This document shows, one piece after another, positions 1-13,329 of a DNA stretch of 64,000 nucleotides (positions within the stretch are counted from its first letter, which is position 1; the number at the start of each line of letters is the position of its first letter). The stretch comes from Octopus vulgaris (taxonomy: Eukaryota), in assembly GCA_951406725.2 (NCBI GenBank), contig OX597814.1, forward strand, positions 154,566,001-154,630,000. The letters are read 5' to 3'. The notes beneath the pieces are model-generated. The model was not told the DNA's origin, did no database searches, and saw only the letters and a list, made by a program, of their open reading frames with translations. A program made the position numbers and the translations under genes.

Positions 1-461
1 TAACACCTGTGATAGTCGAAAGATTACTGTACAAACAAACTAACATTTGCTTTTTATAAGTGCTGAAATGTGTATTCAAAGATATAAATAAGATGATAAT
101 TTATTTTTGAACGCTTATAAAAAACAAATGTTAGTTTGTTTATATTTATATACACGTGGTTGTTCATTTAGCTTTATAGCGACTAAAATGCAGATAAATT
201 TGTCGGCGAGCAGTTTAGCTTAATGGTAAAACACTTGGCTGGAGATGTGGGTTCAATTCCAATGGCTGTTTGTTGACAAATTGTCCGCTCTGTAAGCGTA
301 GTTTATCCAATACTTCTGCTGTTCTAACGGCGTCTCTGCGTTCAAAAATAAACGATCTGATTTGTATCTTATAAAAAACTAATGCTTATAAAAAACTAAT
401 GTTTGTTTGTATTTATATACATGGACTAGTGTTTCCTTGATGCGTTTCAAATTTCATTTGC

Positions 462-810
462 TCTGAAAATGAAGAACCACGGTTTGCTCAAGTATATATT
501 TTTGATACATTATGTCAACTGGATCGGAGAAACCAAATACTTAATACGTCGACGAGATACCACAAGATTAGCTTGAATACAACATTATGAGACAACATGC
601 TTGCAGTTATGTTTCAAGATGGCAGCAAAAAACACTTTGATGTCGATACTCATTAGTTTTCAATGGTTATTTCAGAAAAGCATGTTTCTAGATTTGGTAT
701 TCGAAGATACAGTAGGTTTACTGCAAGAGAAGTTGCAGAAATTATGCCAGATACTAACTTGAGAACCCTACTGTCTGTGTCACAACACCTGGAGAAGATA
801 ACTTTCAATT
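462..810 (+). mobile_element. Helitron RepHel remnant (decayed)
   Basis: Translates from 462 as SENEEPRFAQVYIFDTLCQLDRR and from 702 as RRYSRFTAREVAEIMPD. These match the Helitron Rep motifs PxFAQ(L)YI(Y)D and RRYNxPTxxEVAAIxP. Frameshifts lie between them. Confidence 0.75.
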
Positions 811-944
811 GGACTTCTGTACGAAATGCTTAAAATACCATCCAATTCTCTCTCAAATCATATTTTCTCGTCTTAAATAAGGATATATACATTGGATAAA
901 GTAAGTGATTGTGTTTCGATTTTGATAATGAATATTTGGTTTGT

Positions 945-1100
945 TTGATCAGCTGAACTATCTGCTCATTAAGTTAGCGTGTATCTGGCTGAGTATTTCA
1001 CAGACATGTGTATCCTAAAAATAATGCTCATAAAAAGGCTCAGGATGAGACAGTGTGATAAAGAAGGACCTTTTGATTGACAAGTGCAGTTCAATTGGCG
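945..1100 (-). mobile_element. decayed body of SINE family C
   Basis: Reverse complement resembles the 10380-10530 body (gatcagctg...cagacatgtgtatcc). Confidence 0.5.
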
Positions 1101-2099
1101 GGCCTGCATACAATTTCTCTACTCAATTTCGCTCACACGTTTGAGTCACATGAAGTTTTGGTAAAAAAATATCACATTGGGGGTGGATTTCGCGATCTCG
1201 AAACTGCGAACCGAATTCTTTAACTGTTCGGCCAGTCCTAAATATACTATCCGAAAATATGATAGACTGTCATATACGTCTTAATAACAACAACAATGAC
1301 ATAAGATCCTGCAACAGTGTCTTTATACGAGGCAATGAAAAACCTCGATATAGTATCTCGATGAGTTGAATAAAGCATCCAAATTTTCCTCAAAACATGC
1401 TCGTTTGATTTTTAACGAAAATAGGTCTCAATGAATGATATAATCCCACGCGATCGCATAGGTTGGCTTGATAAGAGCCTGACCTAGAGTTAACATCAAC
1501 AGCAGTAGCTACGTATTTATACATATAATAGTAGTTGTTAATCTTTTAAACATTAGGTCGGTCCTGGTCGAGCCAACCAATGATCAAAAGGTATTCCAGC
1601 ATTTTCGATGTATTTTAAAGGTATGTAGATTTACATTATTCAATGTATCCTTTTTTTTTTTTTTATTGACGGCAAGGTATAATTTAAAAAGATTTGGCGG
1701 CTATTTCTATCGGGTAGCATGACTATGTAGAGACTCCCTATACTTGAATATTGACAACCTTTGAGTTGTGCATTCGAGTAATATATTTTAAAAATAAGCT
1801 AGTCCGTGGAGTAACAGGCAGAGAGTAGCGCCTTTGTGATTTGCTATACTAGCTTTCAGGAGATATATCATAACTCCATTCACATTTTATGGCGCATTAT
1901 CAGAATATAATGGGAATCAGTTCCATACTAGGATGGTTATTTTCATCGGCTCCAGAATGATGAAAGGCAAAACGAATCAGTGAATAATTCGAACGGAGAG
2001 CACAAAATTCCATAAATAAATAAGTGCAAGTCTTTTTATGCGAAACTCTAACAAATCAATCGCTTAGAGATCGATGCAGTTAGTGTTCAATATGAAAAT

Positions 2100-2520
2100 C
2101 TGTATCGACTTTGCCTTTCGTCCTTTGAGGGCCGATAAATTAAGTACCAGTTACGTACTGAGGTCGATCTAATCGACTGGCCCCCCTTCCCCAAAATTTT
2201 GGGCCTTGTGCCTAGAGTAGAAAAGAATATGAATATCTGTATATTAAAATCTGTAGCTCTGCATGTTTTCATATTCTCTGTAATGCCGTGTTGAATATTT
2301 GCATTGAGGTAAAAAATATTGACTTCAAATTTTGGAACAAGGTCAGCAAGTTCATGGGCAGGGATAAGTCAATTGCATCATCTTCTTTTATTGACCTCGA
2401 AAGAATGAAAGGCAAAGTCAACCTTGGCGGCATTTGAACCCAGAACGTAAAGACGGATGAAATGCTGCCTTAGCATTTTTCCCGGTGTGCCTAACGATTC
2501 TGCTAAGCTCTCTGCCTCAC
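2100..2520. mobile_element. two SINE family B fragments (2100-2230 +, 2320-2520 -)
   Basis: Core tcgactttgcctttc(a/g)tcctttNggggtcgataaattaagtaccag and tail ggccttgtgcctaNagtagaa, shared with other family B copies. Confidence 0.8.
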
Positions 2521-3074
2521 CGATGTGAATAATATTGCGATCTTATTCATCATAAGTGAAGAGATTGTGAATAAACATATCACCGTAGATATGATAGTGG
2601 TTAGATAAAGCTTGGATATGGATTCATTCGTTTATCAATGATTTGTGTGGCACACGCACATACAAACGCACACACGCACGCACAACATGAATTATTTCCC
2701 TATTTCGTGGTAAGCATACATATATACATACATAAATAATGTATTCGCCATGTGCTTAACACTTTTGAAATCACTTCTATAAATCGCTTTTTGGTGACGC
2801 AGTGTCTCTGGAGAAACGTTTTTTTTTTCTTCTGTATCTTCTATGTAAATTATTATACTGTGTTGACAACTCGATAAGAATGACATACATTCAACAAGAT
2901 ACAAATATTGATAGTTTCACTGCAGCCAGAAGCAGTGCAATGGGAACCAGTGAAGGAGCTCTTGACAACGAAGAGAAGTTCTTGGCAAAAACAGTGCCTT
3001 GGTAACCAGGTAGCTAGAGCAGCCCTCAGCTTACTTGAAATGATATTCAAATATTCCATATTGCACTCAATATC

Positions 3075-3950
3075 TTTTATCTTTTACTTGTTTCATTCAT
3101 TTGACTGCGGCCATTCTGGGGGTACCACCGTGAAGGGTTTTAGTCAAATATATCGACCCATAGACTTAGCTTCTTTAAACCAAGCACTTATTTTTTTGGG
3201 TCTCTTTTGCCGAACCGCTTAGTTACGGGAGATGTAAACACACAAACACCGGTTATCAAGCTGTTGTAGGACACACACACACAAAATTAATATGAATAGC
3301 AGTTTGCAATGTTTCACTAAAAAGGAGAATTACAAATGTCACTAAATGCGACTAGGATGTTAGACAGCACCTATATTGCTAGAAATAAAAGCTAAAATGC
3401 TCTAATGCTGTAGTTAACACACATGAATGAAAACATATACACAAACAGGGACCATAATCATCCGAAAAGTGCCGTTCGAGAATGCTTAATATGTCCGGAC
3501 TCGCTCGTCATTAGTATTTATGTTTTCGTCATCCAAATAATTGGATGATTTAGCGAATCGCTAATGTGTATATATAAAATTAATATAAACAACAGTTTGC
3601 AAAGTTTCAGGAAAAAGGAGAGTTACAAATGTTAATAAATGCGACTCGGATATTAGACAATATCTACATTGCTATAAAGAAGAGTTAAATCACTCTAATC
3701 CTGTAGTTAACGCATATAAATGAAAACATACGACGGGCTTCTTTCAGTTTACATCTACCCAATCTCCTTACAAGGTTTTGATCAGCTCGAGGCTATAGTA
3801 GAAGACAGTTGCCCAAGGTGTCACGAGTGGGCTTGAACACGGAACCATGTGGTTGGTAAGCAAGCTATTTACCACACAGCCACAGTGGGCTTGATATAGA
3901 GCCATGTGGTTGGGAAGCAAGCTTCTTACCACTCAGATACGCCTGCACCT
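3075..3950 (-). mobile_element. SINE family A, interrupted (3' half 3075-3285, 5' half 3729-3950, head partly duplicated)
   Basis: Matches complete copies at 32315 and 56868. A ~440-bp insertion sits in the central CA tract. Confidence 0.8.
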
Positions 3951-4129
3951 ATATATATATATATATATATATATACCAATTAAGGACTGAACACGAAAAG
4001 TGGACAGTCAACATGCTAGATATAGACGTCAAATCGCCGTTCACCACAAAAGATTATGTTCTCAGATCAAACTCAACACAAAACCATAGCAATAAACAAG
4101 TGAAAAAATATACGAAATAAAATAATTAC

Positions 4130-4194
4130 CCATGTACTAACTTAGTTTCAGCTGTTATTTTCCGCAAGGAAAACTGCAGCCATCATCAGCATGG
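4130..4194 (-). ncRNA. type I hammerhead ribozyme motif
   Basis: Exact reverse-complement copy of the 4285-4349 motif. Confidence 0.8.
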
Positions 4195-4284
4195 TCCGTT
4201 ATAAATGTAATTTGCTGGACTAGATGCAAACACGATACCGAAATATCGCGTGCATGGAGTTCAGCAAATTACATTTATAACGGA

Positions 4285-4349
4285 CCATGCTGATGATGGC
4301 TGCAGTTTTCCTTGCGGAAAATAACAGCTGAAACTAAGTTAGTACATGG
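4285..4349 (+). ncRNA. type I hammerhead ribozyme motif
   Basis: ccatg-CTGATGA-t-ggctg[cagttttccttgcggaaaataa]cagct-GAAAC-taagtta-GTA-catgg. Helix I ccatg/catgg; helix II ggctg/cagct plus ttttcc/ggaaaa; helix III ACTAA/TTAGT; predicted cleavage after GUA at 4344. Confidence 0.85.
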
Positions 4350-4588
4350 GTAATTATTTTATTTCTATATTTTTTCACTTGTTTATTGCTATGTTTTGTG
4401 TTGAGTTTGATCTGAGAACATAATCTTTTGTGGTGAACGGCGATTTGACGTCTATATCTAGCATGTTGACTGTCCACTTTTCGTGTTCAATCACTTAATT
4501 GGTATATATAAATATTTTAATCTTCGGATTCTTTTTTAATATGCTAGACCACTGGTCTTAATTGATAAATATCAATTTCTACCCTTAA

Positions 4589-4655
<67 letters not shown>

Positions 4656-4734
4656 CGTGTGTGTGTGAAAACGGTGAAAATGCTATAAAATTTCATACAA
4701 CGGAGCACAACATGCATTTCGCCTGACCTCGAGC

Positions 4735-5060
4735 TTATAGTTAGAATATATTAATAATAACAGCAGAATGAGAAACCACCTCATCAACACAAAACCACAA
4801 ACTAGTAAACCACAGAACATACCTTATGCAACCAATGTGATATACTAATTTCAATGTAAACATGAAAGTTCTAAAATTAACGACTCACACTGTTACATCG
4901 AACACACAAGCGCGACACTTTCTTGTCGGTTGGTCAAACAGATGCAGCATGGAGCTACCGCAACTCATTATAGTACAGTTTATAATAATTATAGTACAGT
5001 TTATACTAATTATATTGGAAATATAATTAGTTAGAAGATCATTGAAAGTGCAAGAATTTT
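4735..5060 (+). mobile_element. Penelope-like GIY-YIG endonuclease remnant
   Basis: From 4831: TNVIY*FQCKHESSKINDSHCYIEHTSATLSCRLVKQMQHGA. This fits the PLE pattern NVIYxFxC...YIGxTxxTLSxRL. Contains an in-frame stop. Confidence 0.7.
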
Positions 5061-5144
5061 ATTGAGAATTCCACAAAAATGGAAGAATATATAGGGGGCT
5101 TTACTAAAAGTGAAATACAAAGTACAGATAGTTACATAGATATA

Positions 5145-5349
5145 CTTTTCTACTCTAGGCACAAAGCCTGACTTTTTTTGGAGAGGGGGGCCAGTCGATT
5201 AGGTCGACCCCAGTACGAAACTGGTAGTTAATTTATCAACCCTGAAAGGCAAGATCGACCTCGGCGGTATTTGAACTCAGAACGTAAAGACAGACGAAAT
5301 ACCGCTAAAGATTTCGCCCGGCGTGCTAACCTTTCTGCTCACCGCCTTT
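5145..5349 (-). mobile_element. SINE family B, near full length, with TSD
   Basis: tRNA-like head, core and tail; direct repeat ttacatagatata at 5132-5144 and 5350-5362. Confidence 0.9.
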
Positions 5350-5845
5350 TTACATAGATATAGCATGTATGAAATACACCAGGAAACCTATCAGTACTTA
5401 ATCATTACATTATTTTCACAAACCGGCGTGTATGATTTTATCAATTGCGGTAGTGTTCTCATAATCTTTTAGAACGCGTGAATAACAAAGTTATAATTAC
5501 TATCACTCCGATGGTGAAACCGGGAATGTCCTGGACCGTTATTAAACAAATACATTTAGGAGCGCTATTTTTACAAAATAAATGTAGAGGACATACGAAA
5601 TATCCGAAATGAAAAAAAGAAAAAATTACAGCCGAACACTGCTTGACTATAAGAAAAGCTATCCCCTTCTTGTACACAACCCAGATGCACATCCTTGTGT
5701 CATTTTATACACTGTCTGTCTTCCTTACACATACATTGTTTATATATGTTCAGTGTAAATAAAAGAATTTGAAATAAATGAAAACGAAATTATACAAAAA
5801 TAATGATCTTATCCTAATACTTTTACTGTTTAATGCATGACAACT

Positions 5846-6172
5846 TAGGCAAGTGTCTTCTTCTATAGCCTGGAACTAACCGAAGCCTTGTAAGTGGATT
5901 TGGTAGACGAAAACCGAAAGAAACCTGTCATGTATGATATATGTATGTATATTAAGTGTAGGTCTTTCTGTCAGTGTATCTGCCTCTACTACCGCTTGAA
6001 AACCGATGTTGGTATGTTCGCATCTCCGTAACATAGCGGTTCGGCAAAATAAGCCGAAAGAGTAAGTACCAGGCTTAAAAAATAAGTACCAAAGTCGATT
6101 CATTCAACTAAAAATTCAAGGCAGCACCATGGAATGGTTACAGTCTAATGACTGAAACAAGTAAAAGATAGA
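5846..6172 (+). mobile_element. SINE family A, 5'-truncated
   Basis: ggcaagtgtcttc...ggatttggtagacg...agtctaatgactgaaacaagtaaaag. Confidence 0.85.
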
Positions 6173-6657
6173 ATTATCAATACAATACTTTCTTAACGCA
6201 CCGTTTATAATAATATACCGATGACATTCTGATTAGGAAACTGACAACGTATTGATTGGAGATTCATCTTTGCACTGGTACGGTTGTAGGTGGTTGTCAA
6301 AACGCACGCAGCTGGAACAAATATAAATGTACTTCTAAATCTGGCATATATTCTATCTCTTTCTTTTTGTCGAACCGCTGATTACAGAGATGTAAACAAA
6401 CACCTGTTGTCTAGCGGAGCGGTGACACAGACATACACACACATATATGTACATTTATACTCGTGTATGTGTGTATAACCGAGTAAGGTCACTTCCTAGA
6501 TTCAATTAAGTCCCTGCTAACGTTCCAGGAGCCCCAAAAGTTCTGTGTGTGAATTTGTTTTGAGTAGGCACTGAACCCACTTTTCAGTGAAATCGTCTAT
6601 AAAACCAAGCCTGCACCTCAGGCATTTTTTTTTTCGTACGAGTTTATCTTCTCCTAG

Positions 6658-6921
6658 TTGGAGGAACGTGGCTTAGTGGTTAGGCTGTTGGACTCATGAT
6701 CGTAAGATTGTGGTTTCGATTCCTGGACCGGGCTACGAGTTGTTGTTCTTGAGCAAAACACTCCATTTCACATTGCTCCAGTCCACTCAGCTGGCAAAAA
6801 TGAGTGATCCTGTGACGGACGGGCGTCCCGTCCAGGTGGGAGATGTATACGCCATGGTAACCAGGGAACCGGCCCTATACGTCTATATCACGCGGGAAGG
6901 AACTTTACTTTCTTTTTCTAC
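6658..6921 (+). mobile_element. SINE family C with TSD
   Basis: A box tggcttagtggt, B-box-like gtttcgattcc, core gttcttgagcaaaacac...cactcagctggcaaaaatgagt; TSD cttctcctag at 6648-6657 and 6922-6931. Confidence 0.9.
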
Positions 6922-7316
6922 CTTCTCCTAGAAGCAAGTTCTAATTAGAACTACAAAATCCTTCACTCCCATTAATTCACATTACTGGGACCCTAACAGG
7001 TGCTACTAGTCCGGTTCAGGGTGAACTGAAAACAATAGTGGATCCTCAAAAACCTTAGAATTCCCGAACCAGAGCTCCACTACTGGATACAGTTTAAAGT
7101 CATACCAATCTACGAAGAAACTGATCGGCTTGGAAGTGACGTAGAGGACACCCAAGATACTGCGCGGTGGGACTGAACCCGAACTCACACGGTTGTAGGC
7201 GAGTTTGTTAACCACACAGCTATGCCTGCGAATGATATATGTGTTTGTATGTGTGTGTAAGTATGTGGGTAATATATGTGCGCGAATGTATACACACACA
7301 CACACACACACACACA

Positions 7317-7355
<39 letters not shown>

Positions 7356-7488
7356 CCACCCACATATACATATGTATATGCGTATAATATATGTATAGGT
7401 ATATATTAATATGAACAAGCATTAACGTGTAATATATATGTCTATATGTATATATGTATATGTATATGCAGATATGTGTATACAAGTA

Positions 7489-7548
<60 letters not shown>

Positions 7549-8680
7549 TATGTGTGTATATACATGCATATATGTGTGTGGGATGTACGCGTAAGTACAT
7601 ATATAACATGCAATGTATGACACACACCGTTTTAATATAGTCGATTTAATACTTCCCACCAAAACATTTGTTATAATTATCAGTATAAACTTTTAAGTAA
7701 TTAATTCTTAGCGCTTGTTGAAATAAATATATCATGTTTCCATTCACTTATAGCATATATCATCTTAATGTATACATTACTACCCAAATATATCTCATAA
7801 TATATTAATGTCGCGAATATATCTCACACCCTATAATATGTCTTATAACCTATGACTACACTCTATATCGTATCATCGTCTCACTATACATTACGTTGTA
7901 CAAATATATCTGATATACTCTAAATATATCACATGCATTGTGTGTGTGTATACATATGTGTGTGTGTGAGAGAGAGTTTATGTGTGTGGTGTGCCGACTT
8001 AATATGTTATATTTCATGCACATTGATTATATATTAAAAAAAAGGGAAGATATTTTGTATCATGCTACCGTGTATTACTTCTTCTAATCCGACATAATCA
8101 AGAATGAGTTTGATATTAATTTTTTTCCACTTTGATCTGTGTGTGTGCGTAATAGTGTGCGTGTATCATATATATTCGTATTCATATGAACACACGCATG
8201 CATATATCTATTTGTGTGCGTGTAAGTGTGTGTGAGAGAGAGAGGGAAAGAGGGAGAAAGAGAGAGAGGGAGTGTGCGTGTGTGTGTATATATATGTCTA
8301 TGTATGTACGTATGTGTGTATGATTGTAGGTATATATATATATATATACCTACAATCATACACACATACGTACATACATAGACATATATATATGCATGCG
8401 AGCCCTCACGTGTGTGTCTACACACATATACATATGTATACGTGTTTACGTTTATATTAATGCGTGTATGTATGTATGCACATAAATAAATATATATACT
8501 TAAATATTTTAATGAACTCATACATGCTCATAAATACAGACACAGATTTTTATAAGTATATTTAAACATATATATTCATATCGAAGGAGCGATAGCTCTT
8601 GGAAGAGTCATTATGAAGAAATTCTGCCTCCCACAACCTTTTTTACTTTTTTTACCACAAGAACTAAGAAATCGAGTATC

Positions 8681-8719
<39 letters not shown>

Positions 8720-8721
<2 letters not shown>

Positions 8722-9385
8722 AGACAGCGAGCTGGCAGAACCGTTAGCACGCCGGGCGAAATGCTTAGCGGTATTTCGTCTGCCGCTACGTTCTGAGTTC
8801 AAATTCCGCCAAGGTCGACTTTGCCTTTCATCCTTTCAGGGTCGATTAAATAAGTACCAGTTACGCACTGGTGTCAATATAATCGACTTAATCCGTTTGT
8901 CAGTCCTTGTTTGTCCCTTCTGTGGTTAGCCCCGCGTGGGTAGCAAAGAAATAGGTATTTCATCTGGAGCTATGTTCTGAGTTCAGATTCCCCGACGTCG
9001 ACTTCGCCTTTCGTTCCTTTGGGGGGGTCGGTCAATGAAATGAGCACCGATTGCTTACTGAGGTCGATGTAATCGACTAGCTACCTTACCTTATCCCCCA
9101 AAATTCCAGGCTTTTCGTCTATAGTAGAAATGATTAATGAAATCGGTGAACTAGAAATGATTAATGAAGGCGGTTAGAACAGTCGAAAAAATTGAGTGGT
9201 ATTTTTTTCCAACTCATTACATATTGAGTTCAAACTCCGCCACGGTCAAATTTGCCTTTCATCCTTTCACATCCTTCCAGGGTCGATAAAATAAAATATC
9301 CGTCAAGTACTGAAGTCGATGTAATTGACTAACACCACTCTTGCTAAGAATTGCTGGCGTTGTGTCAAAATTTAGAAGCCAATAT
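8720..9385 (+). mobile_element. three tandem SINE family B copies
   Basis: The motif gagttcaaattccgcc..ggtcgactttgcctttcatcc recurs at ~8795, ~8980 and ~9225, following an (ATT)n tract. Confidence 0.85.
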
Positions 9386-10045
9386 CATTAGGAATAAGGA
9401 GAGGAGTAGGAAGAGATTAATTCTGTATTGCAGAAACAAATTTAATCGACTTTTCACACTTTCCCTGCCTAGTCAATTGTCTATCTTCATCGTTGTTCTA
9501 TGCTAAAACCTAACAAGATATGAAGTTCCGATATACTTCTGAAGGACTTGCTACATAGTAAAACAAACAAGCTATTACACGTGACAGTACATAATACATA
9601 ACATTATGACATTACATGATCAGCCATGTAAATCCTTCATGTTGTTGTTTTAATCCCGGGTCAACTCTGATAGAGCTAAGATGAAAGGCGTTCCAGCTAT
9701 AACAATCCTATCTTTTATACATATATACTCTCTTTCTTCAAGTATATGTTACAGTGTGTAAGGTGTTTTCGGAAATGCTAAGGCATATTTGGATGAGAGC
9801 AACTTTTATTTCTAACAGACAATCAATTAGAGGTAAGTAAGATGTTCTTAGTTAGTGAGCATAGAGGTAGTATGTAGGTTTTGATTCTACAACGAATATT
9901 ATTTGTCTGTCTGTGCATGTGAGTGTGTGTGTGTATGGAACAGCATTTCTCCCAAATATATTGAAGAAATGATTATTATCTTTTTCATTTAGGTTTTTTT
10001 TTTCATATTTCTATATTAGACATTATGTTTGACTTCCAGTGATTT

Positions 10046-10108
<63 letters not shown>

Positions 10109-10187
10109 TATATATATTTATATACACACACATATACATATATATATACTTGCATACATGCATGTATACACACACATATGCATATGT

Positions 10188-10679
<492 letters not shown>

Positions 10680-10792
10680 GTAGTTTGTTTCAGTGATTGC
10701 ATAGCTCACCTCTTTGAAGTCTGTTAAACCTATTATAATAAGATTACGTTTCTACTGTAATAACCTAATACCCACAGAAACACCTACCCAAT

Positions 10793-10840
<48 letters not shown>

Positions 10841-11097
10841 AATGTAATAAAGAACATGTGATGAACTGGGCGGCTACTTGTGTCGATGAAGTTCTGAGTA
10901 ACCCCAAGCTGAGTCAACTTGTTTAACACTTTCCACACCCACGATAGGTATTGAATTCTATTTTCGTTCGTGTGTACACCTAGCCAGGAGTGTGCATGTA
11001 TTTTTGTATACCTATGTAAATATATCTATATACACACCTATATATGTATATGTATATACAGATAGGTATATGCTTGTATGTGTCTATATATATATAT

Positions 11098-11282
11098 AAA
11101 CTTAGTTAAAACTTAGATATGTTTCGACCAAAGATTGGTCCAGGCCATGTCTAACTCAAAAGCAACACCTGATAGGATTATCTGAATCCTGTTTAAGTCA
11201 AGTTTTGTTTATGGTCCATTCAAGTAGTGAGTTTTTGTTGGGTGAGTTGTATCCAATTATGGGTGGCTTATCTGGTATTCCT
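11098..11282 (-). mobile_element. CR1-group LINE 3' end (family of 14388-15415)
   Basis: Minus strand reads IPDKPPIIGYNSPNKNSLLEWT followed by the 3'UTR caggtg...gttagacatggcctgg, as at 15290-15400. Confidence 0.8.
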
Positions 11283-11412
11283 TATATACAGATATATAAA
11301 TGTGCATATAAAAATGTGTGTATGAAAATGTGTTTGTATGTGTCTATCTATATATGTAAATATACGTATGTTTGTGTGTGTATGTATATGTATATGCTTG
11401 TGTGTGCGTGTG

Positions 11413-11511
<99 letters not shown>

Positions 11512-11531
11512 TTATCTATCTACCTACCTAC

Positions 11532-11612
<81 letters not shown>

Positions 11613-11855
11613 CATCCATTTATATGTAACTGCGAGGTCCTGTACCCATAGATGCATGTATATATTATTTATTATATAACTGAACGTGACATATCCATTT
11701 CCAAGTATGTATGTATATACATATAAATATATATATTTGTGTGTGTGTGTATATATATGTCTATATATACATGTATATATATATATATATATATGTATTT
11801 ATGTATGTATATAAATATATATACATATGTATATATATGTATATATGCGTATATA

Positions 11856-11906
<51 letters not shown>

Positions 11907-12109
11907 GTATATATCTATGTCCATATATATATTTAGATATATATACATGTATATATATATATATGTAGATATGTATATATGTGTATATATATGTATATAT
12001 ATATTTGTATATATATATATATATGCATATATATATATATGTATATATATGTATATATACGTATATATAATTATGTACGTACACGTATATATGTATATGC
12101 ATATACATG

Positions 12110-12140
<31 letters not shown>

Positions 12141-12257
12141 GAATACATAGACGAGTTAGCATGTAAGTTGTAGCGTGTGTACGCCTGCGTGTATGTACAT
12201 ATATGTATGTATATCCTATATACACATATTTATATATATAGCCTATATATTTATATA

Positions 12258-12430
12258 GGTACAGGAGTGGCTGTGTGGTAAATAGCTTGCTTACCGACAA
12301 CATGATTCTGAGTTGAGTGCCACTGTGTGGCACCTTCAGCAAATGTCTCCTACTATAGTCTCTGGCCGATCAGAACCTTGTGAGTGGATGTGGTCGATGG
12401 AAACCGAAAGAAGCCTGTCGTGTGTGTGTG

Positions 12431-12491
<61 letters not shown>

Positions 12492-12690
12492 GTGTATGTG
12501 TGCATATGTGTATCTTCATGTGTCTGTGTCTTCACCGCTATCGCTTAGCAACCGATACTGGTGTGTTTACGTCCTTGTAACTAGCGGTTCTGCAAAAGAG
12601 ACCGATAGGATAACTACTAGGCTTACAAAGAATAAATACTGGGGTACTGAAGCATGTCTACAGTCAAATGACTGAAACAAATACAAGAAT
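12258..12690 (+). mobile_element. SINE family A
   Basis: Head ggtacaggagtggctgtgtggtaa, central TA/GT tract, tail cagtcaaatgactgaaacaa. Confidence 0.9.
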
Positions 12691-12704
12691 ATATATAGAA
12701 AGTT

Positions 12705-12963
12705 ACCCTCCAAGGCACCAGTCTGGATAAGGTTGTTTATGGAAGACGAACAGTCGCCCATGCATACCAGCCTCCCCTCTCCACGCCACCGATGATATCC
12801 AAGTGAAAGGCAAAGGCCGATATGGCTTGGCATCTGTGGCGTCGCAACTCATTTCTACAGCTGAGTGAACTGGAGCAACGGGAAATAAAGTGTCTTGCTC
12901 AAGAACACAACACGCAGTCCGGTCCGGGATTCGAACTCACAACCTCACTCTCTAGCCACTGAG

Positions 12964-12965
<2 letters not shown>
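12705..12965 (-). mobile_element. SINE family C-type head/core with a third tail type
   Basis: Minus strand has gttcgaatcc, gtgttcttgagcaagacactttatttc and cactcagctgtagaaatgagt, then a different 3' part. Confidence 0.8.
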
Positions 12966-13025
<60 letters not shown>

Positions 13026-13197
13026 GTATATGTGAGTGTGTGTGTGTGTGTGTGTTTGTATATGTATGTATGTATACCCTAAATATATATATATATATAT
13101 ACTTGTATATATGTCTATACATATATGTGTGTGTGTGTAGAAGTATATATATATATATATATATATATACATTTATACATATACAAACATACATTCG

Positions 13198-13228
<31 letters not shown>

Positions 13229-13242
13229 CACATATATACATA

Positions 13243-13329
<87 letters not shown>

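Larger units (their letters stand above)
3967..4594. mobile_element. fold-back Penelope-like element end (inverted pLTR-type) in (TA)n
   Basis: ~250-bp near-perfect inverted arms (3967-4217 / 4262-4510), an unpaired 3' extension 4511-4594, TA tracts on both sides and an HHR in each arm. Confidence 0.8.

Noticed and set aside
209-270. Functional tRNA gene (also the SINE heads)
   Set aside because: A and B boxes are present, but no complete cloverleaf or anticodon arm could be formed.
6195-6340. Possible Helitron helicase remnant (IPM..LIRKL...LCTGT)
   Set aside because: Too degenerate to support without a profile search.
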